From a virus (Duplodnaviria > Caudoviricetes), in the IMG/VR virus record IMGVR_UViG_3300031658_000032, positions 1 to 37,980 of that record: a DNA stretch of 37,980 nt, one strand, 5' to 3'. The notes under the pieces were generated by a model. That model was given only the letters and a program-made list of their open reading frames with translations. It did not search any database and was not told the DNA's origin. Below are positions 35,249 through 37,980 of the stretch, one piece after another. The position numbers and the translations under genes are program-made. The stretch's first letter is position 1, and each line of letters begins with the position of its first letter.

Positions 35249-35652
35249 TGTTTAACTTCCTTTTCTAAATAACGTACTGCACGTTTAAGTGCTTCTAATG
35301 TATCGCCCAGCTGACCTATACTGCGGTTACAGCCTCGGCATAATACACCTCTAAACTTCATGTTACTATGGTCATGGTCATAACATAGTTCTTCCGTTTT
35401 ACTACACACCTCACACCTGTCAGATGTTGCCATTCGTTTAAGATAGACTGTACGTGTTATAGCATAGCGTCTCTTTACTTGATGGTCTGTCTTCCAATCA
35501 CGCATACGTTTAGACGAGTTGTCTGTCCGCTTGCCTCCACAGGGTATACATAAGTTACGTCTACCATGTTTAGATACATTACTCTTACCAAAGTTCTCAA
35601 GCTCACTTGAAGTGTGGGCCTCAGTACCACAGTCAATACACTTCCGTAACAT
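35245..35652 (-). CDS. endonuclease VII-family nuclease
   Basis: CIDC...CIPC; CEVC...LCYDHDHSNMKFRGVLCRGCNRSIG. Confidence 0.9.
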   Translation of the reverse strand: MLRKCIDCGTEAHTSSELENFGKSNVSKHGRRNLCIPCGGKRTDNSSKRMRDWKTDHQVKRRYAITRTVYLKRMATSDRCEVCSKTEELCYDHDHSNMKFRGVLCRGCNRSIGQLGDTLEALKRAVRYLEKEVKQ

Positions 35653-35660
35653 AACACCTC

Positions 35661-37385
35661 CTAGTGTGTCTCAGCCCAACTCTCGCCAACTTGATACTCT
35701 CCTGCTAAAGGGCAGCGCATCTTAAAGTGAATACCTGCTGCCTCAATACAACTAGCGGCTAGCGAGCCAAAGCGTTCAGCTTGATCGGCCCTAACTTCAC
35801 ACTGGAATTCATCATGGCAATTCATAACGAACTTATAATCAAGTTTCCAACGTGTGGCATAGTCATCTAGTATAACTAATGCCTGCTTCATTATGATAGC
35901 GCCTGCTGACTGCAGTAGCGAGTTAAGTGCCGCATGCTCTGACCTGATAAACACTTTACGTCCATCTAAGCCTGTTATGTAGCCCTTAGCTGCCGACTGT
36001 GCAACATTGTCCTTAAGTTCTGCAAGTGCGGGGGTAGCCTTAAGGAAGCTCTCTTTAAGTTGCTTTCCCTTCTTACGCCCTCCACCTGCAATTGAACCTA
36101 TCTTCTCGTCACCTGCGCCGTATAAGTAAGCGTAGATAAACGTCTTAGCTTGGTTACGTGTCTCAAGACCCGCAGCCTTTTGGTTTGCTGTGTGTATGTC
36201 ACCAGTTAGTATGGTGTCTGTATAGTCTTGATCGTTCATGTAATGAGCTAACATTCGTAACTCAAGTCCACTTGCGTCTATACCTACGAGCTTATAGCCT
36301 TCCTCAACTATCCAACAAGCTCTACACTCAGGGCCGTACAAGCTATTCGAGCTAGGTACCTGTGCAAGGTTAGGCTTGCTATGTGTCATACGTCCAGTCA
36401 CAGCGCCGTTAGTGTTAACGTACCCATGTACTCTTCCGTTAGACTCATTCACTGCCAAGAGCCAACTAGCTACTTGAGCAATACGCTTGCCAACTAATAG
36501 ATAAGAAGCTATCAAAGCTGCCTCAGGTATGCCCTTAACTGCTTTCAAGATCTCCTCAGACACTATGGCGTGTCCGGTTTCAGTAAACGTCTTAGGACGC
36601 CATCCAAAGTGCTTCAAGTAGCGTCCAATCTGCTGTCGGCTGCCTAGGTTAAACACTGGCCAATCAATACGGCTGAAGTCTCCACCTACCTGCGTCCATT
36701 GGTCACCTAGGAACTTAAGCCCTACGATACTCGTTGAGCCATCCTTCTTGATCTTAGGTCGTACCTCTTTAATGAATGTAGGTAATGGCTTAAAGACTCT
36801 CTGCACCTCCTCTTCTAGGTTGTATGATTCTTCCTTAAGTTCCGCTACTAGATCCCTTGCTTTAGGTTGATCTAAGAGCCACCCGTTCCGTATTTGTTTC
36901 TGTATGATATCCTGTACGTTATGCTCAAGTATGACGCATTCGTCTCTAAAGCTATCAAGTTCGAGTAAGAGTCGTTTGTAAACTTGTTCATTAACCCTAA
37001 CGTCCTGCTTACAATACTCCACCATTTCTGGCGTATACTTAGACCAATCACTATATTCTCCTTTAGGGTAACCTAGTTGCTCGCCCCAGTATTGGAGGGA
37101 GTGTCCGTCACGCTGTGGATTAGCTAACCTAGACATGACTAAGGTGTCTGTGACCTTTAGGCCGCTGAAGTCTGTCTTTAGTAGCTTCTCACACGCTGGG
37201 ATGTCATAACCGATAATGTTGTGGCCTATAACTTCCGTTGCTTCTCGTACTGCAGTGTTAAAGGCTTGCCATTGGCCCTCTACATAGGTGGCCACGGTGC
37301 CTGAGTCGATGTCTTGAGTAACAATTACCCATACCCTTGTAGGGTCTAGGCCATCAGTCTCAATATCAAATACTAATCTACTCAT
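35661..37385 (-). CDS. polA: family A DNA polymerase with 3'-5' exonuclease (T7-like, Tyr762 type)
   Basis: FDIETDG, GHNIIGYD, YCKQD; motif A DASGLELR, motif B RNQAKTFIYAYLYG, motif C HDE. The ATG at 37385 with GAGGA RBS is preferred over 37418. Confidence 0.97.
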   Translation of the reverse strand: MSRLVFDIETDGLDPTRVWVIVTQDIDSGTVATYVEGQWQAFNTAVREATEVIGHNIIGYDIPACEKLLKTDFSGLKVTDTLVMSRLANPQRDGHSLQYWGEQLGYPKGEYSDWSKYTPEMVEYCKQDVRVNEQVYKRLLLELDSFRDECVILEHNVQDIIQKQIRNGWLLDQPKARDLVAELKEESYNLEEEVQRVFKPLPTFIKEVRPKIKKDGSTSIVGLKFLGDQWTQVGGDFSRIDWPVFNLGSRQQIGRYLKHFGWRPKTFTETGHAIVSEEILKAVKGIPEAALIASYLLVGKRIAQVASWLLAVNESNGRVHGYVNTNGAVTGRMTHSKPNLAQVPSSNSLYGPECRACWIVEEGYKLVGIDASGLELRMLAHYMNDQDYTDTILTGDIHTANQKAAGLETRNQAKTFIYAYLYGAGDEKIGSIAGGGRKKGKQLKESFLKATPALAELKDNVAQSAAKGYITGLDGRKVFIRSEHAALNSLLQSAGAIIMKQALVILDDYATRWKLDYKFVMNCHDEFQCEVRADQAERFGSLAASCIEAAGIHFKMRCPLAGEYQVGESWAETH

Positions 37386-37432
37386 CTTCGTATTCCTCGC
37401 TTGTCCACTCATCACCACCTATGTGCTGCATA

Positions 37433-37657
37433 TTACATCTCGTTCTTAGCGCATACAGCCCAGATCTCACCACCTGAATGCTTGTTCACTGCAGACACTG
37501 TACCAGCTGCTGTGGTTTCAATGTTCACTTCATCTTGAGATGCTGAGTATTGGGTTAAGAATACTTGGCACTCATTAAGTGTATCATATTGCATCAACAC
37601 TTGTGGCATCTCAGGGGTGCCGTTTACTAAGAAAGATAATACTAATACTAAATACAT
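37433..37657 (-). CDS. small exported/membrane-anchored 2-Cys protein
   Basis: Hydrophobic N-terminus; YDTLNEC...AVC; AAGGA RBS. Confidence 0.7.
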   Translation of the reverse strand: MYLVLVLSFLVNGTPEMPQVLMQYDTLNECQVFLTQYSASQDEVNIETTAAGTVSAVNKHSGGEIWAVCAKNEM

Positions 37658-37671
37658 GATAATTCCTTTAT

Positions 37672-37836
37672 TTAAATGTTTGCAGGGTATCCCGCATTGC
37701 TTCGAGCAGTTGTTTCAATGTTGCACCTATACAAACCAATGTCCTTTAGACTTGCATCCGACAGTGACTGTAGTTCTTTGCGTGTACGTCTTAGTGCTAC
37801 TCTTCGTTTTACTCTGCTACTTAATCGTTTAATCAC
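37672..37836 (-). CDS. DUF1127 (YjiS-like) small arginine-rich protein, 54 aa (not in ORF track)
   Basis: GTG start with AGGA RBS; MIKRLSSRVKRRVALRRTRKELQSLSDASLKDIGLYRCNI matches the RRxRxELxxLSDxxLxDIGLxRxxI signature. Confidence 0.88.
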   Translation of the reverse strand: MIKRLSSRVKRRVALRRTRKELQSLSDASLKDIGLYRCNIETTARSNAGYPANI

Positions 37837-37853
37837 TTCAATTCCTATCTAAT

Positions 37854-37980
37854 GTTACCAGTCATCACCAGACGCTGGTAGTGTTGGGTTAAGCTGACTC
37901 TTCAGCATCTTGATTTCCATCTTTAATCTTTCTAACTCTAGTGTCTGTCTCTCGACTTCATTAGCATACATAAGGCTACA
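37854..37980. repeat. 127-bp terminal overlap, identical to 1-127
   Basis: Direct sequence identity. Confidence 0.95.

Noticed and set aside
37617-37832. 71-aa plus-strand ORF in the track
   Set aside because: It is antisense to the DUF1127 gene, which has an RBS, operon context and a family signature.
37854-37980. 127-bp end repeat as a biological direct terminal repeat
   Set aside because: The length equals a common assembler k-mer and it cuts through a coding gene. The true ends more plausibly lie in 5576-6795.

Overview
This window is a complete, circularly assembled genome of a lytic podovirus-type bacteriophage, about 37,853 bp unique; bases 1-127 are repeated at 37854-37980. The architecture resembles the marine SIO1/cobavirus-like (Zobellviridae-type) phages. 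There is no RNA polymerase, and the promoters are host sigma70-type. Two arms diverge from a 1.2 kb non-coding region (5576-6795, the probable physical ends) and converge on a bidirectional terminator (about 30389-30439). The minus-strand arm carries small early genes, SSB, a T7-like primase-helicase, PolA (Tyr762 type), nucleases, a GH24 lysozyme and a class II B12-dependent RNR. The plus-strand arm carries tRNA-Gln(UUG), an Endo VII-type nuclease, terminase, portal, collagen and lectin-like fibre proteins, scaffold, major capsid protein, holin, tail proteins and four internal-virion candidates. The most notable observations are: (1) a promoter-equipped cassette of exported two-cysteine proteins that looks like a minimal usher-less pilin/chaperone system, followed by an unannotated DUF1127 gene, inserted between helicase and polymerase; (2) an 11-bp-phased DnaA-box array in a phage with its own replisome; (3) a three-way-junction/pseudoknot RNA between the tRNA and the endonuclease RBS; (4) twin inverted promoter/AT-rich/primase-site cassettes that look like origins; (5) a Gln-rich 18-residue-repeat protein that may form a DNA ejection tube. 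All functional calls come from reading motifs by eye, not from database searches.
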